Positions 39,679 to 49,842 of a stretch of 64,000 nucleotides of DNA are shown here, one piece after another. This DNA comes from Escherichia phage vB_EcoM_G8. A model generated the notes under the pieces. The model ran no database searches. It was not told where the DNA came from and saw only the letters and a program-made list of their open reading frames with translations. The DNA lies in sequence record NC_054915.1. One strand, 5' to 3'. The first letter of the stretch is position 1, and every line of letters begins with the position of its first letter. The position numbers and the translations under genes are program-made.

Positions 39679-39894
39679 TTAAATTTTCCAGTTACCGTTT
39701 TCATCAATAAATTTAATCCAGTCATTTACTGACCACTTGGTCGTATCGCCTTTTGGAGCAATATTTAAAGTGTATAATCCTTGTTTAAAAAGCATTCGTT
39801 TGATATTCATATTTTCCTCAGCTGTAACGATAACACTCGTTTGATTTACGTTTAGCAACTCGTTGAGAAGTATTATAATCAAAATCATCGTCAA
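39679..39894 (-). CDS. hypothetical small protein
   Basis: 71-aa ORF. Confidence 0.45.
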   Translation of the reverse strand: MTMILIIILLNELLNVNQTSVIVTAEENMNIKRMLFKQGLYTLNIAPKGDTTKWSVNDWIKFIDENGNWKI

Positions 39895-40156
39895 TGTAAA
39901 CTGATTTTTTCAACTTTCTTACTTCACCACGTAATTGGCGATTTAGCTCATCTTTAACTTCTGAATCAATACCTTTCATTCTACGCCATTTATCTGAGCG
40001 AAAAATGTTTTCAACCATATCTTTATGACTTACACCATCAGGAGCTTTACGCTTTCCGAAATAGTCATAATCACGTACTTTTAAATCTTTACGACGATAC
40101 GTTTTACCCATGGAGTTTAATTTCCTTAGCAACTGAACTAAATACAGCACGATCAC
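39818..40156 (-). CDS. basic protein (true start probably internal MGKTYRR near 40109 with AAGGA RBS)
   Basis: 112-aa track ORF. Confidence 0.5.
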   Translation of the reverse strand: MIVLYLVQLLRKLNSMGKTYRRKDLKVRDYDYFGKRKAPDGVSHKDMVENIFRSDKWRRMKGIDSEVKDELNRQLRGEVRKLKKSVYIDDDFDYNTSQRVAKRKSNECYRYS

Positions 40157-40280
40157 AAACCATGCGTTTGTTCCATTTAATCACAGTATAATGAACATCT
40201 AGATCATCGACTGCTGTAACAATAACGATATGTCCGTTAACACGATAGTACTGGTCAATTTTAATCTCTTTATCAACCAT
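40107..40280 (-). CDS. small ORF (about 58 aa) downstream of early promoter, not in track
   Basis: hand translation MVDKEIKIDQYYRVNGHIVIV...; GAGG RBS; coordinates approximate. Confidence 0.4.
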
Positions 40281-40310
40281 ATCAATTCCTCAAAGGTAAT
40301 TCATATGTTA

Positions 40311-40340
40311 ATAATACCACGGTTTGAACTTGTTGTAAAC
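40311..40340 (-). promoter_or_regulatory. T4-type early promoter (-10 TATTAT) in repeated cassette
   Basis: plus strand ataata-18nt-gtaaac followed by conserved gtaaacaactttgtgaaaaat. Confidence 0.6.
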
Positions 40341-40421
40341 AACTTTGTGAAAAATATTTTAGGGAATGATAAGAAAGGAACGATAGCTTAGAATGGTAAT
40401 ATACAGAATGTGAGAAAGAAA

Positions 40422-40435
40422 GGCCCAGAGGGCCC
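40422..40435 (-). terminator. GC stem-loop immediately downstream of nrdH-like gene
   Basis: plus strand ggccc-aga-gggcc. Confidence 0.45.
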
Positions 40436-40438
40436 GTC

Positions 40439-40762
40439 TTAATCTTCTATGATATCTCTATCATATCCAAGTGAAATGAGAGTTTCTTTGAAGTGTTTAA
40501 TGTTCTTTTGTCTAGAATCATTAATGAAAATGACTGGATAACGAATGTTAAGAGATGTGAATCCAGCGCGTTTAGCAAGAGATACAATCAGTGGACGATC
40601 ATACTCAATCTTACCGTTATTTGTAAGAACTTTATAGAAAGTAAAAGGAGCATTGAGCTCCTTTAGAAGTTTTGTAACTGATTGACATCCAGGACAACGA
40701 CCTACTTCATCTGGAATTCCATAGACTTCAATCTTATTCTTTAAGTTCGAGTTTTGTTCCAC
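40439..40762 (-). CDS. nrdH: NrdH-like glutaredoxin; start uncertain (possibly GTG at about 40762)
   Basis: C-terminal about 95 aa of track ORF has glutaredoxin CPGC motif; N-terminal part of the 150-aa track ORF is low-complexity and overlaps a better ORF in another frame. Confidence 0.55.
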   Translation of the reverse strand: MEQNSNLKNKIEVYGIPDEVGRCPGCQSVTKLLKELNAPFTFYKVLTNNGKIEYDRPLIVSLAKRAGFTSLNIRYPVIFINDSRQKNIKHFKETLISLGYDRDIIED

Positions 40763-41045
40763 GAGAAATAATTCCTTGGTAAGCCCAATAAGGAGGATTA
40801 ACAGAATCCTCACCAGAGTTTTCTTCAGGAAAATAAACCTGGATAACAAATCCAGACGCATCAAAGGTAAAATAAACCGTAGGTAGTTCACCTAACAATT
40901 CGGCACGAGTATTAATTTCTTCGAGATCTCGTTCACGTCCAGCCCAAAAACTAGGATTTAGACTACATTCGTAAAAATAATAGTCATTACCGAACATATC
41001 AAAACCCTTCCAACTCTCTACCACATACCGCTCAAAACTAATCAT
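40734..41045 (-). CDS. hypothetical protein
   Basis: 103-aa ORF. Confidence 0.55.
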   Translation of the reverse strand: MISFERYVVESWKGFDMFGNDYYFYECSLNPSFWAGRERDLEEINTRAELLGELPTVYFTFDASGFVIQVYFPEENSGEDSVNPPYWAYQGIISRGTKLELKE

Positions 41046-41047
41046 AA

Positions 41048-41263
41048 TTAAGCCTTTTTATCAAGAACAGAATTCAGCTTGTTAGTAATTTTATCCAGAC
41101 GCTCATTGAACTCACTAGAAGATAAGCCCTTTTCTGGAGAAATCAAACTAATCACGAAAAATATAGCAATAAAAGGAATAAGGAAAATAGCTCCAACTGC
41201 CATAAACAAAAAGAATGTTACAGTTGTAAGAAAATCAGCTAAACCTTTACGAAATTTATACAT
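41048..41263 (-). CDS. small membrane protein
   Basis: 71-aa ORF with one long hydrophobic segment. Confidence 0.5.
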   Translation of the reverse strand: MYKFRKGLADFLTTVTFFLFMAVGAIFLIPFIAIFFVISLISPEKGLSSSEFNERLDKITNKLNSVLDKKA

Positions 41264-41378
41264 ATTTTACCCTTAATTGATTAACCAAGCATTGATAAGC
41301 ACTAAACTATATTGCGAATAAAATTCTGGACCAAAATGAAAAATCATATCATTTATAGTATCCATAATGCAATTCAAT

Positions 41379-41849
41379 TTAATCATGTTTCCACACCCCA
41401 TCGGTATTTGACCAAAGTCGCTGATTATCTGATCCTCGCCACAGCTTTTTAGTCGGAAGATTTTTCTCATACTTCCCATCAATAATAACATCAACATATT
41501 TAAGCATTTCTAGTTGTTTAATATCTTCAAACTTATATCCTGCCCACAACCAAATGCTTTTATTGGGATAAAGATTTTTAATAGTTTGAACCACAGAGTG
41601 AATCACGTCTCTGTTATCAGGATAAAGAGGGTCACCTCCGGTTATAGTCAATCCTTCTATATAATCATTATTCAAACATTCAATTAATTGTTCTAGTGTT
41701 TCACCAGTGAATGGAATACCATTTCTAGCATTCCATGTTGATTTATTATAACACCCTTCACATTTATGCAAACAACCCGTAACGAAAAGAACGACCCTGC
41801 AACCAGGGCCATTCACAAAATCGCAAGGATAAAATCTATCGTAATTCAT
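41379..41849 (-). CDS. nrdG: anaerobic ribonucleotide reductase activating protein (radical SAM)
   Basis: 156-aa ORF; CxxxCxxC cluster in FVTGCLHKCEGCYN. Confidence 0.9.
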   Translation of the reverse strand: MNYDRFYPCDFVNGPGCRVVLFVTGCLHKCEGCYNKSTWNARNGIPFTGETLEQLIECLNNDYIEGLTITGGDPLYPDNRDVIHSVVQTIKNLYPNKSIWLWAGYKFEDIKQLEMLKYVDVIIDGKYEKNLPTKKLWRGSDNQRLWSNTDGVWKHD

Positions 41850-43119
41850 TGATGCTTAACCCTATGCATGATTTCTTTATTTTTACCGAGATTAAATCCG
41901 CGTTCGTTCGGGTTTCCAAGATATCCGCATGTTCTTCTTATTGTGTTCATCTTTTTAGGATCAGTTTCTCCACAAATAGAACAAACAAATCCGTTTTCAG
42001 TAGGAGTCATTTCATGGGTACTTCCGCATGTAAAACATTTATCTACCGGCATGTTAACACCAAAATAATCTAAATGTTGTGCAGCATAATCCCACACAGC
42101 CTCAAGACCTTTTAAGTTATTTTTCATATCAGGAAGTTCAACATAAGAAATGTGACCACCTGTCGCAATGAAATGATATGGCGCTTCACGAGAAATCTTT
42201 TCAAACGGAGTAATATTTTCTTCTACTGAAACATGGAAACTGTTAGTGTACCAGCCTTTATCGGTAACATCTTTTACACTTCCATATTTTTCTGTATCGA
42301 GTTTACAGAAGCGATAACAAAGGTTTTCAGCAGGAGTAGAATATAAACTAAAAGCAAATCCGGTTCTTTCAGTCCACTGTTTAAGATGAGCATTCATTTT
42401 AGTTAAAATTTCTCGTCCAATACCACGACCAACAAGAATATTCAATTCGTGAATACCTATGTATCCTAGGGACACTGAACTTCTACCGTTTTTAAATAAC
42501 TCAATTATATCGTCATCAGGTTTAAGACGAACCCCGAATGCACCTTCTTGGTAAAGAATAGGAGCAACAGTCGCTTTAACTCCTTTTAAGGAATTGATTC
42601 TACACATCAATGCTTCAAAACATAAATCCATTCGTTCATTGAACAATTCGGCAAATTTCTGTTCATTGAACTGTGTTCCAATATAAGAATCTAACGCAAT
42701 ACGAGGAAGATTCAATGTTACAACGCCAAGATTATTACGTCCATCAAGAATTTCATTACCAGTCGAATCTTTCCATACGCTCAAGAAACTACGGCAACCC
42801 ATTGGAGAAACAGGAATAGATGAACCAGTGATAGCTTTATTATTCTTAGCTGAAATAATATCAGGATACATTCTTTTGCTTGCACACTCTAGAGCAAGCT
42901 GCTTAATATCATAGTTCGGATCGTCTTTATAAAGATTAACACCTTCTTCAACGAACATAACAAGTTTAGGGAAAATAGGAGTTATCCCGTCACGACCAAG
43001 ACCTTTAATACGATTTTTCAGAATTGCTTTCTGAATCATTCGTTCAGTCCAGTCAGTTCCCGTACCAAATGTAATTGTTACAAAAGGTGTTTGCCCGTTT
43101 GAACTGAATAACGTGTTCA
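41846..43119 (-). CDS. nrdD: anaerobic ribonucleotide reductase NrdD, exon 2
   Basis: contains glycyl-radical motif RRTCGYLG and C-terminal Zn-ribbon cysteines; joined to exon 1 gives 605 aa. Confidence 0.88.
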
Positions 43120-43146
43120 CTTCATCAATGTGTTCAGTAGAGTTCG

Positions 43147-43923
43147 CTACTTCTCTACCCGTTTATATGAAACAATGTAATTTGGATAATTGTCATCTAA
43201 ACACAAATCTTTAATACGACTTGGGTGGAGTTTTAAATCTTTAGCAGCATCCACAAATGATTTATAGATATTGTCATTTATTTTAACATATTCTGGGACG
43301 GGATGAATTGTTATTTTTATATCTATAACATTTGGATGATTACTAACCTGTTCTTCAGAGCATTTAAGAAATTTTGCAGCTGATTTAAAACTTCTAAATT
43401 TATTTCCGGATTTTAAAGCTATAGAAACAGTCTTTTTAGCCGTTCTACTACCAATATTATTTTTAACATGAGCTTCACTTCTACTATTATTTTTATAATG
43501 CTCAATCAATTTCTCTCGTATCTTATCTTTATGTTTTAAAGATAAGATTTTACCTTTATGGGCATTACTAAGTTTTTGCTTATGTTCTTCTGAATCCGGA
43601 TATTTGTTAAATTTATATCCACCTATAGATTTATTAAGAATAAATTCGTTATTAAAATATTTCCTAATAAGCATTTCTTCATGTTTAAGGGCCGATTCAT
43701 AAGAATCAAAAACTTGAAGAATTATCCACTTAGCTTTATAATCTTTAAGCTTTTCTTTAACAAGCTTAGATGACGAATTGTATTCTTTCCAATTTGTATC
43801 TTTACCATATATAGTTTTGAATTTTTTAAAACCTATATAAAAAGACTTATCAGGAAATCTTACCATATAGGTAAATGCTACAGAATTGGCAAGTTTTAAG
43901 CTTTTTCTTAATTTCCATTTCAT
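43147..43923 (-). CDS. intron-encoded GIY-YIG homing endonuclease (I-TevII-like)
   Basis: 258-aa ORF inside intron; GIY-YIG-like FTYMV...FYIG N-terminus; length equals I-TevII. Confidence 0.8.
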   Translation of the reverse strand: MKWKLRKSLKLANSVAFTYMVRFPDKSFYIGFKKFKTIYGKDTNWKEYNSSSKLVKEKLKDYKAKWIILQVFDSYESALKHEEMLIRKYFNNEFILNKSIGGYKFNKYPDSEEHKQKLSNAHKGKILSLKHKDKIREKLIEHYKNNSRSEAHVKNNIGSRTAKKTVSIALKSGNKFRSFKSAAKFLKCSEEQVSNHPNVIDIKITIHPVPEYVKINDNIYKSFVDAAKDLKLHPSRIKDLCLDDNYPNYIVSYKRVEK

Positions 43924-43930
43924 CGTTTCA

Positions 43931-43955
43931 CCTCGTATTCATATTTATACGAGGA
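43931..43955 (-). promoter_or_regulatory. late promoter TATAAATA inside an 8-bp hairpin that would sequester the I-TevII RBS in read-through transcripts
   Basis: plus strand cctcgtat-tcatattta-atacgagg; tatttata at about 43942-43949. Confidence 0.65.
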
Positions 43956-44152
43956 TAAACAGCTGCATGTCACCATGCAGTTCAGACTATATCTTCAACT
44001 CTTAGAGTTGTCTGCCGTTTCGGGTCGCTTGACCCTACTCCCTTACATTCATCAGGGATAGTCGTTGGGCATTTACAGCTACTGCTGATTTAGCAACGGA
44101 TTGTCTCAGTGAGAGTTTCCCGTTTTAGGCAGATTTTACATGAGCTTGACTT

Positions 44153-44696
44153 ACGTTAACTCATAAGCTTGGAATGCATCGTATACGTCTTTTTCTGTTT
44201 TAGATTGAGCATAATTCAACGCATCAGCGATTTGCCATTTTTCTGCATCCTCAATATGTTTTGCATAGGTGCGTTTAACATAAGGAGAAAGTACTTTATC
44301 TACATTCGCAAATGTAGTTCCGCCATACTGGTGTGAAGCAACTTGTGCAGTAATTTGTGCCATAATTGCAGTAGCAACACCAATCGATTTAGGCGTTTCA
44401 ATTTGAGCATTGCCTAATTTAAATCCGTTCTCAAGCATCCCCTTTAAATCGACTAAACAGCAATTAGTAAAAGGCAATGATATACTGTAATCTAAATCAT
44501 GAAAATGAATTAATCCAACATTATGGGCATTTACAATATGACTTGGAAGAATACGACAAGCGATATGTTTAGAAACAATACCGGCCATTAAATCTCTTTT
44601 TGTTGGAAAGACGCGAGAATCTTTGTTGGCGTTTTCTGTATTTAATTCTTTATCTTTATTTGAAATAAAATTTAAAACATCTTTTTCTAAAGACAT
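44153..44696 (-). CDS. nrdD: anaerobic ribonucleotide reductase NrdD, exon 1
   Basis: 181 codons from MSLEKDVLNF... to ...AYELT before the inferred 5' splice site. Confidence 0.85.
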
Positions 44697-45508
44697 AATT
44701 CTAATTTATCCTTTTGAAATTCTTCGTCTAAATATGGGTTCCAACCCATTTTAAACCTTTTGATGAAATTATCAATTCTAAATTTCGGTAAGTTTAAATC
44801 CACAAAAATAGATGATTTACTTTTAAAATCTGGACTTAAATAATCATATAAAATTTCTGCGTATTTTAACCATAATATACAAGTACCAGATTTAATTGCT
44901 CTCGGAGTTTTCCAAGGTTTTACACCATACATCGGATTTCCACTTCCTTTATGCCTGATAGAAGATGAAATTCCAATTTTAATTTTAGCTTCCTTTGTAT
45001 GCGAAAATCCACGATGTGGATTTTCTTTCCAGTATTTTTTAGAAGCTTCTGATATTTTCTTTCTGGCTAAATTAGTATGATGCTTTCCATAAAATCCATG
45101 ATTTTTGCCTTTATTACGATTTCTTTTAATCATGGTTATTGATTGCTTTTCTCTAGTTTCTTTAGAAGGAGAAACACCGTACGTTGTAAATTGACCATCA
45201 GCATATGCTAAATTAAAATACTCTTTATTCCATATATCTTTTTCTATATTCTTTTGAAATTCAGCTTCAATGCTAGTTATTTGCTCATCTCCGACTAATT
45301 GAAAATATAATATTTCAACTTTCGGCGTTTCTTTCAACAGGGCTTTTTGAAATTCGGAAGATGACGAAGACGAATAATAAAATTTACCATTTTTATCAAT
45401 AATATTCGTTCCGTCAAAAGTGCAATTAGTTTTACTTCCAATGTAATAATATGGCGGGGTTTTAGCATTAATTCTATTAATAAATGATAGTTTATATACT
45501 ACATTCAT
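44687..45508 (-). CDS. Seg-like GIY-YIG homing endonuclease with NUMOD3-like motifs
   Basis: 273-aa ORF; VYKLSFINRINAKTPPYYYIGSKT GIY-YIG module; overlaps gene 49 start side and nrdD start. Confidence 0.75.
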   Translation of the reverse strand: MNVVYKLSFINRINAKTPPYYYIGSKTNCTFDGTNIIDKNGKFYYSSSSSSEFQKALLKETPKVEILYFQLVGDEQITSIEAEFQKNIEKDIWNKEYFNLAYADGQFTTYGVSPSKETREKQSITMIKRNRNKGKNHGFYGKHHTNLARKKISEASKKYWKENPHRGFSHTKEAKIKIGISSSIRHKGSGNPMYGVKPWKTPRAIKSGTCILWLKYAEILYDYLSPDFKSKSSIFVDLNLPKFRIDNFIKRFKMGWNPYLDEEFQKDKLELCL

Positions 45509-45978
45509 TTTAAACTCTTTCTAAGCTGCTTCTTGAATGAAGCTATTAATTGTGTTTTGGTGTCAGATTCATTATATTCAAATCCTCTTTGAAGCATCTC
45601 GGCCATCATTTCCTCTTTTCCTAAACGAGAAAATTCCTTTGATTTATCTCCAACGAAGTTAGGGTGAATATTATTTTGGGTGTAATCGGATTTTAAATAA
45701 GTAAGTAAATTTTCTAACCATTCAAGATAATCAACACCTTGCCCCTTTAAGCCAGAACGATTAAATTTATGTTTCATTTGACCTTCTGCGGCATTGCAGA
45801 GATTACAAAGCAATCCACGTACCTTTCCTGCTTTTGGTCCATTTAATTCATGGTCATGGTCGAGGTGATTAGCTTGAACATCAGGATTTAGTTCTCGTTG
45901 GCAAATTAAGCATTTACCATTTTGTGCATCATAAAATTTCTGTTTTTCTTCTTTATATAATTTGCCAGTCAATAACAT
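45505..45978 (-). CDS. 49: endonuclease VII (Holliday junction resolvase) gp49
   Basis: 157-aa ORF; zinc-binding CxxC..HLDHDH..CNLCN; T4 gp49 length. Confidence 0.9.
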   Translation of the reverse strand: MLLTGKLYKEEKQKFYDAQNGKCLICQRELNPDVQANHLDHDHELNGPKAGKVRGLLCNLCNAAEGQMKHKFNRSGLKGQGVDYLEWLENLLTYLKSDYTQNNIHPNFVGDKSKEFSRLGKEEMMAEMLQRGFEYNESDTKTQLIASFKKQLRKSLK

Positions 45979-46019
45979 AATAAACCCTTACCTTAAATAG
46001 ATAAGGGTATTTATTATTT

Positions 46020-46523
46020 TCAAGTATTGTAAAACATTTGATTCAATCGCTTATATTGCCGAATCTTTTGGTCAGAAAAAGAAATTTGAGTTTCAAGCCA
46101 TTCAATATATTCTGCCGCAGCTTGCATCAAATTTCCTTCATAGCCATCGTTATTTTCTTGTGCAGCTAATTTAGCTAATGCGTATGAAATACGTTCACCT
46201 TGAAAATCGGCTTTAGGTTTATGAATAGCTTGATCAACTCGTTCTACAACTTCTTCAATTTCGCCATTTTCGACTGATTCAGTATTCCACAAACACCAAT
46301 ACGTAATTAGCTTATCGTAGATGTTAATAATCTTTCCATCAGAAAGTTCAATTTCAATAATTCCAGTATCAGGTTCTATATCATCTTCACATTCTTTTAC
46401 AAGTTCACGAACTTTAAAGACAGTACCTGCACTAAGTTCCGGCCAGTAATTACATAGCTCTTTATCAGCACGATTAATTCTAAACCACTTATCTACTGTA
46501 ATCATGTCCCATCTCCATATCAA
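46020..46523 (-). CDS. hypothetical protein (possibly pin-like by position)
   Basis: 167-aa ORF. Confidence 0.5.
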   Translation of the reverse strand: MIWRWDMITVDKWFRINRADKELCNYWPELSAGTVFKVRELVKECEDDIEPDTGIIEIELSDGKIINIYDKLITYWCLWNTESVENGEIEEVVERVDQAIHKPKADFQGERISYALAKLAAQENNDGYEGNLMQAAAEYIEWLETQISFSDQKIRQYKRLNQMFYNT

Positions 46524-46627
46524 TTAAGTCATTTATCGTTGGTTCATTATATACTGTTTCTTCATCAGTGTAAACCGGTTCTTCCGGCTCTGGCTCTACA
46601 GTTTCCCATCTAGCCGCCCACCAAGGT

Positions 46628-46837
46628 TTAACCCCGAAGCTTATTAAGTTCTTCATAATCAATCCAGGATTCTAATCCTGATGGCAAATCAGATTCAATT
46701 TCCCAAAGAAGTTCTTCAATTTTATGAAGACGATCTAGTTCTTCAGCAGGAATAGTAACCACTGACGGAGCTCTTGCTACATTAATATCGTAAATCATAT
46801 TTACCCCAGTTTGACCATACAATCGCCGTATTTCCAC
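46628..46837 (-). CDS. hypothetical small protein
   Basis: 69-aa ORF. Confidence 0.45.
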   Translation of the reverse strand: MEIRRLYGQTGVNMIYDINVARAPSVVTIPAEELDRLHKIEELLWEIESDLPSGLESWIDYEELNKLRG

Positions 46838-47016
46838 TTAGAAATAGACTTTTCACCATTAGAATAATAAACTTCAAGTTTAGCACGATTATTTTTAATT
46901 TGAATAACCTTTGCTGTCATCAAAGTTCCATACCCATAATAAACTGCAACTTCATCACCTACATATACCGCGCTTCCGCGGTAGTCATGGATATAATCAG
47001 TTCCTTCAAGCATCAT
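46801..47016 (-). CDS. hypothetical small protein
   Basis: 71-aa ORF. Confidence 0.5.
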   Translation of the reverse strand: MMLEGTDYIHDYRGSAVYVGDEVAVYYGYGTLMTAKVIQIKNNRAKLEVYYSNGEKSISKWKYGDCMVKLG

Positions 47017-47276
47017 TTAAAGTATTCCCGCAATTGGTCAAATCCACCAATATGACTTCCATCAGGAGCAAATACCTGAGGCATTGTTAAGCCGATTTGA
47101 GTATCACGACCTAGTTTAGTCAGAAGCTCAGCAATTTTCTCATCATCAAAAACACCTTTTTCCGGCATAATGTTGATAAATTCAAACGGTTGTTTCTTCA
47201 CTGTCAAAAGACGTTTTGCATTATCGCAATACACGCATTTGTGGATGTTGCTATCATAACCATATACTTTAAACAT
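47013..47276 (-). CDS. nrdC: thioredoxin NrdC
   Basis: 87-aa ORF MFKVYGYDSNIHKCVYCDNAKRLL... matching remembered T4 thioredoxin. Confidence 0.95.
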   Translation of the reverse strand: MFKVYGYDSNIHKCVYCDNAKRLLTVKKQPFEFINIMPEKGVFDDEKIAELLTKLGRDTQIGLTMPQVFAPDGSHIGGFDQLREYFK

Positions 47277-47277
47277 A

Positions 47278-47535
47278 TTATTCCTTAATTCCTAGTACTT
47301 GTTTAAAAGTCTCGTCGTAATCAAGACTTTGGCCCGTTTGTTCTTTATGTTTGTATATAATATCACTTACTTCCGATAGCATATTTTTATATGAACGAGT
47401 TAAAGCTGATTTAAGCACGCTGTATCTATCAGGAAATTTACCGTGTTCATTATAATAAGCTATTGCTAATTCACGGACTGCCTTTTCAGCAGTCTCCATA
47501 TATTCTTTACGCTTTGTCATTTTCTTCTCGGTCAA
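47278..47535 (-). CDS. hypothetical protein
   Basis: 85-aa ORF. Confidence 0.5.
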
Positions 47536-47803
47536 ATCGGTGTTTACAATGGCGACATTTATAACGAAGATTACTAGTCTGCCAATGAACTAATTGTACC
47601 TGTTCAGTACCGCATTCAGGACAATTAGGAACGTTTTTAGAAGCCCTTTCGCGACGTTTAACCATAGCCATAATGGCATCCCATGCTGGAGGTTTAAAAT
47701 CTAAATCGTCAGTAACTAGCAGTCCTTTATCAAACCCAACGCATGGAGTCCATTCAGGAAAATCTGAAGCTTCGGCAATATCTTCTAATAGACGCTTTTT
47801 CAT
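47507..47803 (-). CDS. zinc-ribbon protein
   Basis: 98-aa ORF; CPECG...CRHCKHRF. Confidence 0.5.
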
Positions 47804-48729
47804 TTCAATACCTCAATAGCATTGCGTAAACCATTTGCTTTTGCATTAAGAGCTTTTAACAATTTGGTGTGTTCTGCAATTTGGGCTTCAACTTCAATCA
47901 AACGAGCATTGAGATATTCGCGTTCTTCACTCAGATTATCAGCCTTTTCTGCTTTAGGTTCTTTTACAACTTGCTTATATGTATTAGGGTTCTTCAGTTT
48001 AATTAGAATGCGTGAACTGTATAACATTGAACCATTATCTTCGGTTTCGTCATACATTTCCACTACGTCCATCATCTCCACCATCGTGCAGAGTTTATAA
48101 GACAACGAACGAATAATTTTGTTGTGCTTATTAATTTCTCTAGCTGTCATGGTGCCGAGATTACGTGAGTAATAATAAGGAACCTGGATATTAATTAATA
48201 CTGATGAACCACCTGGCTTGTGTGTTACTTCATCAGCAATAACCCAATCCTTAACATGAACTGTATTTGTACGGTCATCGCCCGCGGTAAATAGTTTACG
48301 AGCATGCTTAAAAAGCATATTCACTTGGTCATTGAATTGACAAGCGAATTTATCAGCAAATTTAGTTTCGGGAATGGTAGATAACCAATCAGCCAAATGG
48401 GTCTTTTTAACATCGTTAACAATAGTAAATTCAACCAAATCGGTTATAGATGTCTCAGATTTAATGAAGCTCGGCTTCATAAAGTTTTTAATGTTATCAC
48501 TAGCTACAGTAGAAGATAACAGACGAGAACGTTTAAACCATTGAAGCAAATTGCCTAACGAATGAGAATAAGCGTTTTGAGTATCTTTACAGATATGATT
48601 TTCCTGGCCAACATATTGAAGGAAATCACGAAGAATATTATTGATTACTGCCCTGTGTCCTATCTGATAATTACGATGTTTAGTAATAAGACTGTCAAAA
48701 TAATCAATATAATGTTTACGAGTTTTCAT
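47800..48729 (-). CDS. hypothetical protein with C-terminal coiled coil
   Basis: 309-aa ORF. Confidence 0.6.
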   Translation of the reverse strand: MKTRKHYIDYFDSLITKHRNYQIGHRAVINNILRDFLQYVGQENHICKDTQNAYSHSLGNLLQWFKRSRLLSSTVASDNIKNFMKPSFIKSETSITDLVEFTIVNDVKKTHLADWLSTIPETKFADKFACQFNDQVNMLFKHARKLFTAGDDRTNTVHVKDWVIADEVTHKPGGSSVLINIQVPYYYSRNLGTMTAREINKHNKIIRSLSYKLCTMVEMMDVVEMYDETEDNGSMLYSSRILIKLKNPNTYKQVVKEPKAEKADNLSEEREYLNARLIEVEAQIAEHTKLLKALNAKANGLRNAIEVLK

Positions 48730-48781
48730 GTTCTTCTCACTTTGTTAATGATTTGTACTCCGAGCTATCCTTGGCTTTAAA

Positions 48782-49258
48782 TTACTTAATTAACTGTAAA
48801 GCTTGTTCTAGACGATCAAGACGATTAACGGATTCTTCCCAAATCTTTTTAGCCTGCTCATATTCTTTCTGCGCTTTATTAGAAATTTCTAGAACTTCCT
48901 TATAAGCTTTTTCTAATGCAATAACTTCTGGACGAATTTCTACCGGTTCAGGTGAATCATCAAGACATTCCATTAGTTCCTCAAGGGTAGTTTCTTCTTT
49001 AGGAGTATTCACAATTTCATCACATTTTTGTTGGTAAATTTCTTTATCAGTAGGTGAATAAGCACATTTCACTTCACGAAGACTAATTACAATTTTATAT
49101 CCTTCCCAACCGCATATATTCTTAAAAGGATAAGTATGAATATTTTCTACTGTTTCCATACAAAGTAATGCGGTCTCTAATTGACGAGTTATAGTGCTAG
49201 CAATTGAGAAAAATTTATTAATGTTCTTTTGGTTAGCTTCTGGTGTAAAAAAATCCAT
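48782..49258 (-). CDS. hypothetical acidic protein
   Basis: 158-aa ORF. Confidence 0.55.
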   Translation of the reverse strand: MDFFTPEANQKNINKFFSIASTITRQLETALLCMETVENIHTYPFKNICGWEGYKIVISLREVKCAYSPTDKEIYQQKCDEIVNTPKEETTLEELMECLDDSPEPVEIRPEVIALEKAYKEVLEISNKAQKEYEQAKKIWEESVNRLDRLEQALQLIK

Positions 49259-49835
49259 AATTCACAAAAATAGATACTTTATTTTTATCAAGTTCATATT
49301 CTTTTATGATAATCATATCAGAAGCCAAAGGATGAATTTGACGATAATCGCCATAACATAATTTAGAAGCTGATTTTAGAATTTGTCCTTTGAAAAGTCT
49401 GAAATTACTAATCCAACGACGAGTAAAAACATTCTCAGGGTCTTCTTTGACATTAAGATGATAAGAATTAACATCACCGAACCAATTATATCCTACTACA
49501 TCTTTGGTTCGTTTAATTTCTTTCCCAAAATTACCAAGAATATCCCGATTAACCAAATATGAAAGAAGACGAGACTCTTTAAAGGTTTTCTTGATAACAT
49601 CTTTATCTACACGGCTAGAAATTTTACGAATTTCATGAATAAATTTAGTAGAAGAAACAATACTTGCATCAACACTATTGAGCCATTGATTTATAATAGA
49701 AAGAACGATATTTTGACCAAACATCGGTATAGCTTTATCATCAATAACGCTATTGAATGATTTGATATATTCGTTACGAGTCATAATAATCTCCTCAGTA
49801 GAAAGTAAAAACATTATACCACATCCTTGTGGCAA
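49233..49835 (-). CDS. hypothetical protein (true start probably internal MTRNEYIKS near 49784)
   Basis: 200-aa track ORF; promoter overlaps its 5' end; GAGGAG RBS before internal ATG. Confidence 0.55.
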   Translation of the reverse strand: MPQGCGIMFLLSTEEIIMTRNEYIKSFNSVIDDKAIPMFGQNIVLSIINQWLNSVDASIVSSTKFIHEIRKISSRVDKDVIKKTFKESRLLSYLVNRDILGNFGKEIKRTKDVVGYNWFGDVNSYHLNVKEDPENVFTRRWISNFRLFKGQILKSASKLCYGDYRQIHPLASDMIIIKEYELDKNKVSIFVNYGFFYTRS

Positions 49836-49842
49836 AGTAAAC
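49813..49842 (-). promoter_or_regulatory. T4-type early promoter, near-identical to the 2418-2447 copy
   Basis: plus strand attataccacatccttgtggcaaagtaaac. Confidence 0.65.

Larger units (their letters stand above)
43120..44152 (-). mobile_element. group I self-splicing intron in nrdD (sunY-type), 1033 nt, ORF in 3' portion
   Basis: boundaries inferred: exon 1 ends in U, intron ends in G, splice restores reading frame and 605-aa NrdD; 230-nt structured non-coding 5' core (43924-44152). Confidence 0.75.

Noticed and set aside
40763-40891. N-terminal 43 codons of the 150-aa track ORF containing nrdH
   Set aside because: Leucine-rich low-complexity read-through that overlaps a more protein-like ORF (40734-41045); only the C-terminal glutaredoxin-like part is kept.
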